From contig OX597816.1 in the NCBI GenBank assembly GCA_951406725.2, positions 116,808,001 to 116,872,000 on the forward strand: a stretch of DNA of 64,000 bases. Reading direction: 5' to 3'. Positions 26,904-40,804 of the stretch are shown one piece after another. Source of the DNA: Octopus vulgaris (lineage: Eukaryota). The number at the start of each line of letters is the position of its first letter. Within the stretch, counting starts at the first letter, position 1. Under the pieces are notes generated by a model. It did not search any database. It had not been told where the DNA came from and saw only the letters and a list, made by a program, of their open reading frames with translations. The position numbers and the translations under genes were made by a program.

Positions 26904-27199
26904 GCATACACACATGCATATGTATGTGTATGTGTACATATTTATAAGTATGTATATATGCGTATATGTGTATAAATAAAATATTGCTTTTAATTTCATT
27001 TTCTTATGTTCATTTGCAGTCCAAATGATACAGAAGGTGAACTTTGCTTTTTTCTCATTCTTCAACTAAAATAATACCATTATTTGTCATTATTCTTGTT
27101 ACATAACCCAAGATTTACTTTGATTGAGCACACTCATGAGATGCCCATGTTAATTTATTATTATTATTGTTATTATTATTATTATTATTATTGTTATCT

Positions 27200-27625
27200 T
27201 TTTTTTCTTCTTCTTTCAAATTTGCTTCCATTTCTTGCCAAGTGTCTTCCCGACTCCTAGGGCAAAGAAACTCATATTATACATTGGTAGGCCATTACAC
27301 TAAACTCACTAGTTCGTTCATTTTTTTTTTTTAAGTTAAATTAAAATACATGGGTAGTAATAGTTCTCACATCGACAATGCTCTTCTCAATACGTGTGAT
27401 GTACCAGTTAAGACAATCTTTTGCACTTCTTGCAGGGATGGTAAGCCAGGGATCATTCTCATATAATTTTCGGTTCCCTTCCTGATCATTCCTAGTGCTC
27501 CTACGATCAGTGGTATTGTAACCACCTTGAGATGCCACATTTTCTCAATTTCAATGAGCAGGTCTTTATATTTTCTGAGCTTGTCAAACTCTTTCACCAA
27601 GATATTATGATCACAGGGGATGCTC
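27200..27625 (-). mobile_element. R4/Dong-like LINE 3' fragment (mirror of 20755-21185)
   Basis: SIPCDHNILVKEFDKLRKYKDLLIEIEKMWHL...IVGALG is the C-terminus of the REL endonuclease. Bounded by (TAA)n. Confidence 0.85.
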
Positions 27626-27644
27626 ATTATTATTATTATTATTA

Positions 27645-27693
<49 letters not shown>

Positions 27694-27854
27694 CATTATT
27701 ATTATCATTATCATTATTATTATTATAATTATTATTATTTTTATTACTCGTTCTTTGATATTGTCCACCATGTCTTGGGCCCTTGTTGCCAATGAAAGAA
27801 ACCTTTGTTATTATTATTATTATTATCATCATCATTTTCATTTAATCTGCATGT

Positions 27855-28535
27855 TTGTTACAATAATTTGCTAAGACACACCCAGCATCCTAGGGAAAGT
27901 GAAGGATAAGAGATGTTACAGTATACGTGAGAGTTTGGGGTGAGGAAGTGGCAGGGGCAGTAGCAAAATATCTGCATGTAATACAACACGGACATTTAAA
28001 CTGATAGGGTTTTTCTAAGTATGTGGGCAGTACTTGTCAGCACAATCTTATGGATTTCTCTAAAACATGGTTCTCCTGGGATATTATCTAGATGTTTCTG
28101 ACATCCCTTTCTTATTATACTTAGGGCACACACAATAACAGGAACAGTTCTCACTTTAAGATGCCACATCTTTTGTATTTCAATTTCCAGGTCTTTATAT
28201 CTGCTTAATTTGTCAAATTCTTTTAGAAATATATTTTTATCAGTGGGAACGCTTACATCTATTAGTTTACAACTATATTCTTCCCTGTCCTTAATAACTA
28301 TGTCTGGTTGATTATCCTGGATCGGTCTGTCAGTGTTGACTGGAAAATCCCAGAGGATAGTGACATTTTTACCTTCAACTATTGTCTCAGGATGATGTTA
28401 ATACCAGTAAGCAGGAGTGCTGATTTTGTAGTGTTAACATAGTTTTCAATATAAATACTGCCCTACCCTGTTGTAGTGATTTTTGTATTCATCTGGTGTC
28501 AGCCCAGGTCATCCTGTGATGAGATGAGATGCTCT
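27855..28535 (-). mobile_element. R4/Dong-like LINE 3' fragment of a different subfamily (mirror of 19845-20525)
   Basis: The mirror copy reads ILWDFPVNTDRPIQDNQPDIVIKD...LIDVSVPTD...KEFDKLSRYKDLEIE (PD-(D/E) REL domain). Confidence 0.85.
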
Positions 28536-28596
28536 ACTATTATTATCATTATAATTCTTATTATAATTCTTGTTAGTATTATTATTATTATTATTA

Positions 28597-29020
28597 TTCA
28601 GTAGTTTTATTTTTATAGCGTGCTTTCACTTCACTACCGAGCACAGCTCTGTGTGCCTTGGGTATGTGCTGTGATTTGTTGTGATGCTCTGATGGTTATT
28701 GTATGGAAAGTGTTCTGCGTAGGATGTGTGCAGTGCCTAGTAGTGCAATTTTCTGTATGTTATATGTGTTTGTAAGTCCTGGTGTTTTTGTTATGTATTT
28801 GTCTGAATATTTTTTTATCATGCCTAATGCACCTACTATGATAGGAATTGTTTCTGTTTTCAGATTCCACATTCTAGTTACCTCTATTTCCAGGTCTTTG
28901 TATTTTGAGAGTTTCGCCATTTCTTTTAGAGACACGTTGTCATCAGCCGGTATTGATACATCAATTAGAAAGCATTTTTTTTCTTCATGATCTCTGACAA
29001 CTATATCTGCTCTGTTGGCC

Positions 29021-29022
<2 letters not shown>
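28597..29022 (-). mobile_element. 5'-truncated copy of the adjacent R4/Dong-like LINE
   Basis: Highly similar to 29098-29517, including the 3' UTR. Flanked by (TAA)n. Confidence 0.9.
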
Positions 29023-29095
<73 letters not shown>

Positions 29096-29097
29096 CA

Positions 29098-32000
29098 TTA
29101 TTCAGTAGTTTTATTTTTATAGCGTGCTTTCACTTCACTACCGAGCGCAGCTCTGTGTGCCTTAGGTATGTGTTGTGATGCTCTGATGGTTATTGTATGG
29201 AAAGTGTTCAGATTAGGATGTGTGCAGTGCCTAGTAGTGCAATTTTCTGTATGTCATATGTGTTTGTAAGTCCTGGTGTTTTTGTTATGTATTTGTCTGA
29301 ATATTTTTTTATCATGCCTAATGCACCTACTATGATAGGAATTGTTTCTGTTTTTAGATTCCACATTCTGGTTACCTCTATTTCCAGGTCTTTGTATTTT
29401 GAAAGTTTCTCCATTTCTTTTAGAGACACGTTGTCATCTGCCGGTATTGATACATCAATTAGAAAGCGTTTTTTTTCCTTCATGATCTCTGACAACTATA
29501 TCTGGTCTGTTGGCCTTAATTTCTCTATCTGTGTGTATCGGCATATCCCAGAGTATGGTTGCTTTCTTGTTTTCTGTGACCTTTTCTGGTGTGTGCCTAT
29601 ACCATCTTTTTTCTGTTGTTATTCCATAATGTTGGCATAGCTTCCAGTGTATGTAGGTTCCAACTCTGTCATGTCTGTGAATATATTTCTTCTTAGCCAG
29701 GACTGGGCAGCCAGAGATAATATGATTTATCGTTTCTTGTCCATCTCCACATATTCTGCAGTTACTTGTTATATTTCTTTTCATTACATGTTTTTGGTAA
29801 TTTCTGGTGGGGAGGCTTTGGTCTTGTGCTGCAATTAAAAATCCCTCTGTCTCTGCTTTGAGTCCTGAGCTTCTCAACCGTTGCTGGGATTTTTCTTTGT
29901 CTATTTCTTTTGCATTTAGTTTAGTCCAGTATTTACCATGAAGGGGATTTTCTTGCCATCGTTTTATCATGGTTTGTTGCTGTTCTATTTTTAGTTTGGA
30001 TTTCATTTGTTTTATAGCTTTTGTTGTTTCCTCATCTTCTTCTTCTTCTTCTTCTTCTTAATATTTATTAGGTGGTATGATTTCTTGTTTGTATTTGTCA
30101 GCTTCCTTAAATACTGAGAACAGTTTTTTGTTTTGCTCGTGTTTTGCCACTATTTGTATCAGTTTTCCTTCCTTCTGAAGTAGATATTTTTGCAGTCCTA
30201 TGGTGGTTATTTTATAGTAGTTTTCCAGCTGTATAAGGCCTCTACCACCTTCTATACGTTGTATATATAGTCTTTCTATGTCAGATTTTGGGTGATGCAT
30301 CCTAGATCCTGTCATTATTTTTCTTGTTTTCCTATCTATTTTGGTCAGTTCATTTAGCGTCCAGTTAAGGATATTGTAGCTGTAACTTATAACTAGGACA
30401 GCTAAAGTGTTAATACCTATTATCTTGTTTTTAGCATTGAGCTCTGTTTTTAGTATTGATCTAACTCGTCTATAATATTCTTTTTTTATTTTCTCTTTCA
30501 TTTGTGTGTGTTGTGTCTTATCTAGTTCATGGATTCCTAAGTATTTGTAAGTTTTGGCTTTGGTCTAATTCTTTTATTTCATTGGTTTTATCTAATGTGA
30601 TGTTGCTACTCTTAACTAGTTTTCCTCTTTTCATGGTTACTTTGGCGCATTTTTCTAATTCAAATTTCATATCTATTTCTTTGGTAAATCCATGAACTGT
30701 CTTTAATAGTGTTTCCAGCTGTTTGTCATTTGCAGCATATAGTTTTAGGTCATCCATATATAAAAGGTGGCTGATCGTTTTGCCATAACATTTATATCCG
30801 CATCCAGTTCTATTTAGCATATCAGATAGAGGTCACAGTGCCAAGCAGAAAAGGAGTGGAGAGAGCGTGTCTCCCTGGAATATTCCTCTTCTAATGGGGA
30901 TGGCTTTGGTTTTCGTGAGTCCCTCTTTTGTTTGGAGCTGTAGCACTGTTTGCCATTTATTCATAGAGTGCTCTATGAATTTTATAATTGTTGGTGCTAC
31001 TTTGTTAATGGCTAGTGTTTCGAGGATCCATGTGTGGGGGATGCTATCAAACACCTTTTTGTAGTCGATCCAGGCCATACTGAGGCCTTTCTTCTTTCTG
31101 TGGCTGTCTTCAGTTATGGTTTTATTAATCATTAGTTGATCTTTACAGCCATATGAGCCTTTGCGGAATCCTTTCTGCTCTTCTGGAAACAGGTTGTTTT
31201 CGTCCAGGTGCTTGTTCAACCTTTGCGATATCACTGCAGTAAATGCCTTGTACATTGTAGGGAGACAGGTTATTGGTCTGTAGTTTTCTGGTTTTGCTGT
31301 CTCATTTGATTTGGGAATTAAGATGGTTTTCTCCTTCGTGAGCCATTCAGGCATTGTCTCTGGCTCTGCTAGTATGTTGTTAAAGTTTTCAGCCAGCTTT
31401 TTGTGCATTCCTGTTAGATATTTCAACCAGAAGTTGGGGATCTTGTCATGCCCAGGTGCCTTCCAGTTGCTTAGTCTTTGCAGTGCCTGGGTGACCTCTT
31501 CAGTTGTTATGGGGGTCCAAAGTTGCTCAGATGCTGAGTTTGTTGTTTTAATACTCCTTTTTGTTTTTGGTTTGTTCACCGACCATACTTCTCTCCAGAA
31601 TTCTTCCACTTCTTCTGCCGTTGGTGCTGCAGTGATTTCTATTTTATTTTTGCCAAGTTCTTGGTAGAACTTTTTGGGGTTGGAGTTGAACTTTTTGTTT
31701 TGTTCAAAGAAGCGCTGGCGTTTCTCGTACCGGCGGACCCTTTGTACTTTGGCAATGATATTTTGCTTCAGCTTTTCTTTTATCTCAGGTAAATCTTTTT
31801 CTGTGATGGTATATTTGCGGAGTATTTTTGTTTTCTTTTTGTTGCTCAGTAGCGTTGATTGTCTACTGATTTCATTAAGAATCGACAGATCTTTTCTCAT
31901 TTTTTGCATTTTGTTTTGGATGTTATTTATCCACAGGGTTTGTTTGGGTGGTGGTACTCCTGTTTGGATGGGTTTGAGTGAGTATCCAGCTTCTTTTGTG

Positions 32001-33190
32001 GCTGCAGTGGCTGCTGCATATACTAAGTCATTTAGCTCAGTGATATCGCTTTTTGTTTCAGTGGCTATTAGTTCCGTGACGGCTAGGTTTATGCTGTTTA
32101 TAATTGGTGTTGTTGTTTCGTCTATTTTGATTTTTGGGAGGTATGGTCGGTGGTCCATTTTGAGCTCTGTGGTTTTCAGTTCTTTGATTATTTTACTTTT
32201 TATATTATCATAATCATTAGGCTCCCCTTCGTTCTTTCCAGGGTTTAGCTTTGTGTCGCTTTCTTTCTTATTTATATGTTTGTTTGCCGAGTTTTGGCTT
32301 GCTGTTTGTCATGTATTATTATGCATCCTTACGGTCTGGGTTTGTTGTTTTTTGTTTACATCGTGTTTGTTGGGAATGTTATGTTTGTCTTCGTGTTTTA
32401 CTGTTTCAGTGTTTATATTATTGGGCATTGTTGTGTGGCTTCTATCTACATTTTCCTGGTGTATTTTTTCTTTTAGATGTTCTATTTCTATTTCTGATAT
32501 TTTTTTTTTGCGTTGAGAATGTATCTTCATACGTTAGCTAATTTATTAGAATTCATTGCTGTATCCAAGTCTATATTTATGTTATTTTCCTTCCATATTT
32601 TATATGTATGTGTTTTCATTTTTTGGGTAGAGCACTGCTGTGAAGTATGCGTGTAGGATAGAAATGTATTCCTCACGTGTCTATTTATGTCTTTTGGGTT
32701 TTATTTGCGGGACATGAGGAACAACATCCGGCCCATTATTTTGACGGTCGTCATTTTCGTAGGGTACCGGTCCGTTCATTTCTGTTGTCACATTGTTTTG
32801 CATGTGTAGTTTTTCGTACATTTTGTGTTGTAAGTTTAATGTACGTACCTCCCGATTGTTATTCTTGGGTTGAATAATATCGGTGGTATTTAATTTCTTC
32901 GTAGTTCCTTTGTACATGGTGTTTGGGGTCGGGGATGATCTGATGTTGATGGATCATAGCGTTCCACGCATGTTTACATGTGTTGTGTTAGAGGTGGAGA
33001 TGATATCGAGTCAAAATACATCATTTTGTTTCGAAAATAGTAATAAATTTCAATGAGTATTACTTACTCGGGTACAGTCCAATCCTTTGTTAGTAAATCT
33101 TTGGCTCCATACGATGTCCGTGTTTTCGATGTTTGTGGATAGATTTCGGAGCTCTGTTTTATCGTTCTTACATCTTAAACGTCCCCCGGT
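29098..33190 (-). mobile_element. Near-full-length R4/Dong-clade non-LTR retrotransposon (single ORF: RT + CCHC + restriction-like endonuclease), pseudogenised
   Basis: RT motifs NWKAPGHD, NYRPITCL, WIDYKKVFDSIPH, GIFQGDTLSPLLF and YMDDLKLY; zinc knuckle CRICGDGQETINHIISGC; REL motifs RHD...NRPDIV...LIDVSIP. Both ends abut (TAA)n, the known Dong-type target. The ORF is split by stops and frameshifts. Confidence 0.93.
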
Positions 33191-33243
<53 letters not shown>

Positions 33244-33339
33244 ATTATTATTATCATTATCTTCATTATAACTCATCCTTTGATATTGTCTGCCATGTCT
33301 TGGGCCCTCGTTGCCAATAAAAGAAACCATTATTATTAC

Positions 33340-33372
<33 letters not shown>

Positions 33373-33726
33373 ATGTGAGCTGGCAGAATTGGTAGCATGC
33401 CAGACAAAATGCTTAGCAGTATGTCATCCATTTTTATGTTCTGAGTTGAAATTCTAAGATTAACTTTATTTTTGATCCTTTTGGAGTTGATAAAATAAGT
33501 ACCTGTCAAGCGCAGAGGTCGATGTAAAATACCTCTAAGCATTTTGTCAAGCAGTCTTACTTTTCCAAGGCTTTAGTAATAACCAACACTATTATGACCT
33601 TCTTAATTACTCTGTTCAAGCACATGAGGATTTCATACTTCAAGTTGGCATAAGACTCGAGTGTTTCCTTTTCTTTTCTTTTTATTCTGGTGACAAATGG
33701 GCATGACACATCAATTACAATACATA

Positions 33727-34980
33727 TCAGGTTCTCCCATAAGTTCTGTCCGATTTAACCTTTTTTTAAATTGAATGAAATTTAATAGTATTTTAAAATG
33801 TCTAATGGAATTAAAATTAATTTAATGCATTAAATATTATTTTACAGAATAATAGAATTAAAATTTCTTTGATTAAAACCCATTCTAACATGGAAGTATC
33901 CAAAGAGAATTTAAGGCACATAATGCTTTATGAATACAAAAAAAGGAAACTCTGCAGCCAAAGCAACTCAAAACATACATTCAGTTTATGGGAAAGAATA
34001 CTTGAATGAAAGAACTTGCAGAAGATGGCTTGGAAAATTCAAAAGTGGAGATTTCAGCCTTGAAGATGAAGATCGAACAGGACGTCCAGTTGAGTTTGAG
34101 GATAAGCTCCTTGTGGCATTACTTGAAGAACATCCTGCATTGCCAGTTGAAGAATTGGCAATAAAGCTTAGTTCAAACCATACAACTGTTCATCGTCATC
34201 TTCAACAACTTGGAAAGGTTCCTAAACTTGGAAAATGGGTGCTTTATGAATTGTCCGAAAGCAACTGCAAATCCTAAGTTGACATCTGCTCTTTTCTCCA
34301 TTCTCACGAACTCATTTCACCCTTTTTGGATAGACTTGTGACTGGTGAAGAAAAAAATGAATCTTCTATCAAAATGTTAAACGGCATAAACAGTGGCTTG
34401 GTAAAAGGGAAAAAGCTCAACCACAACCAAGTAGGGAACTTCATGGAAAAAAGGTTCTTCTCTCTATCTGGTGGGATTGCAAAGGAGTAATTCACTTTGA
34501 ATTGTTACCACCTAATGCAACAATCAATGCTCAAGTCTACAATCAGCAATTAGAGTGTTTGAACTAAGCTTTGAACTAAAAAAACCTGCTTTAGTGAATC
34601 AAAAAGAAGTGATGTTTCATCAGGACAATGCGTGACCCCACACTGCAAAGATCACATCACAGAAGATCGAAGAGCTTGATTGGGAAAAAATTCCTCATCC
34701 ACCTTATTCTCCCGACCTTGCTCCTTCAGATTACCATTTGTTTCATAGTTTACAGAATCATTTGGGGGACATAACTTTTGCAAGCCAGGAGGTAAAAACT
34801 GACATTTCAGAGTTCTTCGCTTTGAAACCAAAAGAGTTTTATATTGATGGGATTAAAAAGCTTGTAAATAGATGGAAGGAAGTCATAGATAATCAGAGAA
34901 AGTACATTGATAATTAAATTTCAATTAAATATAACATTTGATCACTTGTTTTCTTTATTCAAAATTCGGACAGAATTTAC
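33727..34980 (+). mobile_element. Mariner transposon, decayed transposase, right TIR truncated
   Basis: ORF 33930-34277 is an HTH region (FKSGDFSLEDEDRTGRP, GKWVLYELS resembling WVPHEL). Downstream frames give TGEEK, FHQDNA and HPPYSPDLAPSDYHLF. TIR remnants are aagttctgtccgattt and aattcggacagaattt. Confidence 0.9.
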
Positions 34981-37032
34981 TTGTTATAATATTGAGTCCA
35001 TTCATCCTAATCTTCTTTTGGCTCATGTAAATTAGTCCCACAACAATCTCACTTCATCATTTTTGAGGGCTTCCATTTCTATCTCCATGAAATGCTTATC
35101 ACTTTCTTCTGTGCCTGAAAGCCAAATTTCAGACAAAATTTTCATAAATATTATTATAGTAAATTTGACAGCTATTTCTAACAGATCAATTGCCTGCACG
35201 TGGGCTCCATAGTTCACTTATAAATGGTACCAGCAATATTTTTCAGGCAATTCAATCTAGTATACCCACTTCTGTTACTAATTTTGTTTTGTGTTTGATG
35301 AAAAGTAATCAACATTTCAAAAGAAAATGTACCCAATGGAATTTGTAAAAATATTCTGAGATATTTCAGTCAAATTGAAATGAAAAAATATAAAATAATC
35401 AATTGAACAAAGAATCATTTTATTCTGAAAACAACTGAAAGGAATAGAGAACCTATGAATATTATTTATCATATATTATGAATTCTTTATAGGAATGTAT
35501 TTGTTGAATAAGAAAAAGATAAATAATATAAAAAATTTAGAACTGTCAAATTATTTCAGTAAATATCATACACGGAAGAATACACAGCTGAAGACAGGAT
35601 ATACATTCTCAGTTGTATGTAACCATCATATTTTCTATAAAATAGAACAAACATTGTAACCACACTCAGGTGACTATGTAGTTTTGGACACTTGGGATAA
35701 CTAGATCTATCTGAGCATACAACCACAGTGATCCCATCTAGAAGTCATGAGTTCTGAATTGCAAACGACTAGTCCAAAGTTGAGGGGTCTCGTGAATGCA
35801 GTAAACAGCATATCTTATGTTGCTGGTACTGTAAAATACCTTGGTTGCCTATTTGTGAAACAACCTCAATGAAGGCAAACCCATTTAGGTGTCATAGGTT
35901 CTTCTGAATTGAAAATAACCAGTATGAAAATGTGGAGCTCATGAATTCAGTAAACACTGAATCGTATCTTGTGCTGATGTACTATAAAATACTCTGACTT
36001 CATATAAGTAGAACAACCACATCATCAAGTTCATTATCACTAAAAATTTCTTGACTGCTTCTAGCAGAGTTCACTGCATTGAAAACACTCAGAACAGGCT
36101 TCCAATTTAGCAATAACACAATCTTTTGATGCATTGATACTAGTGCACTTTTTTCTTCATAGTGACTGTCATGGTGTGCAATCGAAAGAAGTGTTGCAGC
36201 TTAGGCTTGCCACTAAGTAGAGCAAGGAACCCAACCCTGTATTTAATACCAATAGTGGTTGCTTTACCAGCTGAGCATATAATCTTTTATCTTCTCTTCC
36301 TGAAAACACAATATTTTAAGAGTTCATTAGTGGTCTCTTAAAATCCATCTACTTTTATGATAATCACATCAATACTTCATGAATTATGCTTTCTGCCCCT
36401 CTCACTTCCAGCAAACAAAATGAACAAGATGATCAATAAATCCACTGGACAATTTTTCCTTCCCTATACATTCTTTGTGAACTTCTTTCCAAACTGGACA
36501 TTCACCTCTTACTAATATGCAGACCACATTCCTTCCCTCTTTGTGGCAAAACCTCTCAGCCTTCAATTAGAGCTTATCTCTGTTTGCCATATTTAATTCT
36601 ATACTGCCTTCTTCATTCTCAAAGTTGTTTTTTGCACATTTATAGATCCATCTCCCCACCTCTCATCTATTTCACCCATATATCAACCGCAAAGACCTGC
36701 AGTTACTCTCGCTCAAAGTCTCCTTTCTTCAACCTTTTAAATTTATCTGTTCACTGAACTTTGACCAATTGTTAAAGATTGCTTATATTTATTTCACATC
36801 ATTTTCATGTCATTGTCCATGGTAACCTCAAATATCACAAGTCTGCTCACATCCATTACACAACCAAAGCTCAGAACAGAAAGAGCTGGAACTGTTATCA
36901 CAAAGGATTTACATTTGTTCAACACTATAACAATTTTGCCAACCAACTGCTTTACCAAATTTAGAAATCAGCATTATTAATTTATCTTCCTATCAATTTT
37001 CTTGCATTTGTTATCAGTTTCTCTCTTCATCC

Positions 37033-37113
<81 letters not shown>

Positions 37114-39207
37114 TATGCTGATGTCAAACCTTTCTTGATATTTAAAACTATTCTTCAAATATTCAAATTTATCAACATATTCATTTAATCAAAGGCTAGC
37201 AACAGCCACTTCCAACTTATATAAGTATAGATTAAAATCAAAAATGAATAACAATATTAACAGATGCTAAGGCAGTGAACTGGCAGAATCGTTAGCACAC
37301 CAGACAAAATGCTTAGCAACATTTCATCCATCTTTATATTCTGAGTTCAAATTCTGCCGAGGTCATTTGTGCTTTTCATTTAATCGACTTAGCCCCTCTC
37401 CCAAACCTGCTAACCTTGTGCCAACATTTTAAGCCTAATATTAAAGGATACTGATATATATATATTCTATATATCGGACTATTTTTGATTTGACACTCCA
37501 GAAATGATATTTTTCAAAAGTTTCTACACTGACGTAGTTTTTCAAGCTATTTGCATAAATCATGATAATTTGATCAAGGAAGACATGGTACGAGGTAGTG
37601 AAGCATGATCTTTGGATGTTGGATCTCACAGAAGCGATGACAAATGACTGAGACCTTTGGTGGTTTACTGTGCTTGAGAAAACTCATCAAACCAAGTGAA
37701 ATTGTAGTCGTGGACAATACTGGCGACACATAAATGGCACCTGTGATGGTAATATGTAAAAGCAGCCATGACAGTGACACATAAAAGGCACGCACTACGC
37801 TCTTGCATTTCTTTGCATTAGGAAGGGCATCCAGCTGTAGAAACCAAGCCAAAATCAGTCTGGAGCCTGGTACAGCTTTCCGGCTCACGAGTCCCAGTCA
37901 AACTGTCTAACAACCGATGCCAGTATGGAAAATAGATGCTGAAAGAAGAAGAAGAAGAAGAAGAAGAAGAAGAAGAAGAAGAAGAAGAAGAAGAAGAAGA
38001 AGAAGAAGGTGGTGGTGGTGGTGGTGGTGGTGGTGGTGGTGATGTAGGTGGTGGTGGCAACGACGGCGACGACGACGACGATGATGATGATGATGAATAA
38101 ATAATACTGTAGTTATTAGCATGAAAATTAGCACAAACAAAACTACTGAATGGAAAATTTTATAAAAAGATAGAGATCAGACCTGTCAAACTGGAAATGT
38201 CCAAAATTTGTTTCAACTATTCTGTCTTATGTAGCATATCTACCTAATCACACCTGCGATGCTTTCTAGTGTATTTCGATCTATGCTAAAAGAAAGGAGA
38301 AACTTTTAGCCTCTAATTCACCCCTCCACTATTTCTTGAAAGAAAGGCACACAATAAGTGGCCACCACCCATCTCTAGCTGACTGTCTCACTTTGGACCA
38401 TAGCCAAGTCTGCGAGAAAGAGAGAAAAAAGAAAACAAGGATCCATTCTAATGCCACATTAGCATTATATTTATCCACTCCAGAAGGATGAAAGACAAAG
38501 TTTACCTTGGCAAGATTTGAACTCAAAATACAAACTGCCAGAATTTTTACTCCAAATCAGTTTCTGCAATGCTTTAACAGTTCTGCCAAATGATTGCATT
38601 GCACACTAAACATATATACATACATCCCTACTGATATACAAACAAATACATACATATATATACACATATATGTATATATGTGTGTGTGTGCATGTGTGTG
38701 TGTATAAATATGTATGTATATGTTATAATAAATTATCTATGTGTGGGTGTATGTATATATATATATGTGTATATATATGTATGTGTATGTGTGCACTATA
38801 TATATATATATATACATACACACACACACATAAGTACATACATATGAACATACGTACATACATAAATTATATGTGACAAATTAAACAGCTTTCTTTATCT
38901 ATGAACAAAGAATATATTATTAATAAAAAAAGGGGGAAAGGATCATAAAATTATCCAGTCCCATTGTAGAAATAAAATAATGAGGATGAATCTTTGCCTG
39001 TGATTATAAGAAGTTGAAATGATTCACACCATGAATGTTTATTGCCAAAATAAATCTTATACTCTTCCTCCTGCCTTGCTCTCCCTACCCTCCTTCTCCC
39101 CAGCTTTCTTGATACTTTCATGTCCAATTTTCCTCTGGCTCTAAATTATTTACCAAAACCATTTATTTCATTTATGCTTTTAAACTATATATATGTATGT
39201 GTGTATG

Positions 39208-39241
<34 letters not shown>

Positions 39242-39367
39242 TGTATGTATGCATGTATGTGTGTATGTATGCGTGTATGTATGTATGTATGTACATATGT
39301 ATGTATATACATATGCACACATACATATTTATATATATATATATGCCTATATATATATATATATAGT

Positions 39368-39451
<84 letters not shown>

Positions 39452-39486
39452 TTATATTGGATATATATATATACACACACATAATA

Positions 39487-39542
<56 letters not shown>

Positions 39543-39563
39543 CATAATATATATATTGTGTGC

Positions 39564-39598
<35 letters not shown>

Positions 39599-40259
39599 CC
39601 AAAATATTCAATTAATGGACAAATAAATTTTAAATATTGTGATATGAAAGAAATTCAATTCAAACAAATGATTATATGAATTATTTGGATATTTTCTGTA
39701 GAATTATACCATAAATATCAGGGAAAAATTCTTTTCACACATTAGTAAATTTGCTATTACAATCTCGTAAATGACTAATGACAAAAACAGTGTATTTCTC
39801 TTTTGGTTGAAGATAATCTCTCTCATCAAAATACCTCTATAGTTCGTTGTCATCATACAATCTAACAGAAAGTTTCCCATTTATAGCGAGGATCTCTATT
39901 TTAATTTCCTGTATTATGCACACACACACACACACATATTTGTGTGTGTGTATGTGTGCATGAGCATATATATATATGTATATATATTATGTGTGTATGT
40001 ATATATATGTGTACTTCCCTATCCTTCCCACCCCTTCCCCCACTCTACTCCTCACCCTCCCCTACACACCTCTCCCCCACATACCTCACCCATATCCCAT
40101 GCCCCTCCCCCACATACCTCACCTCTAACCCCACCCTCTACCTACCCACACCGCCCATACACCCATCCCCACATCTTTACACCTACACATACACATATCA
40201 CATCACAACACACCACCCACACACCCATCCCCACATCTCCACACCCACACATACACACA

Positions 40260-40596
40260 CACGTCCAGACCACCAGCCCTCTTTCACACGCACCTTTGTG
40301 TTGGGGGCACCTTCGTTTTGGAAGTCACTTGACCCTGTTATCTCCCCTACTGTCCTTCTCGCGTCTGACCACTGTCCGAAGTCAGGACGCCATGATAGAT
40401 CGTTAGCTCCTATACGCATTTTTTTCTCTCCTTGTTTCTCTCCTTGTTTTTTTCTGTGCATCTTTCTGTCGAAGAGCGTAGGCTCGAAACGTAAAAGACT
40501 TTTTCTATTTCTATTCCTGAGCGCTATACTAATACATTTGTTTGTTTGTACTCCACCTGCCTTCGTCTTTTGTTTATTTTCGTAAACCTTCCAGTT
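40260..40596 (+). mobile_element. Solo Penelope-like pLTR fragment containing a hammerhead-like motif (40461-40498)
   Basis: UCUUU-CUGUCGA-A-GAGC(GUAG)GCUC-GAAA-CG-UA-AAAGA. All three stems pair, but core position 6 is U instead of A. An older homologous block lies at ~17640-17790. Confidence 0.6.
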
Positions 40597-40618
40597 ATAT
40601 ATATATATATATATATAT

Positions 40619-40653
<35 letters not shown>

Positions 40654-40743
40654 TTATATATATGCACACACGCACACATATATACACACACATATACATG
40701 TACTTATCATACATATATATGTGTGTGTATATATGTGTGCATG

Positions 40744-40795
<52 letters not shown>

Positions 40796-40804
<9 letters not shown>

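Larger units (their letters stand above)
19791..28590. repeat. Large inverted repeat with ~3.05-kb arms (19791-22855 and 25542-28590) around a 2.7-kb spacer
   Basis: Arms are near-identical reverse complements. Mirrored ORFs: 20586-21014(+) with 27367-27792(-), and 22317-22682(-) with 25762-26079(+). They differ mainly in microsatellite length and a few substitutions. Confidence 0.95.

Noticed and set aside
36300-36960. Possible decayed retroelement coding fragment
   Set aside because: The composition is suggestive, but I could not read a diagnostic motif.
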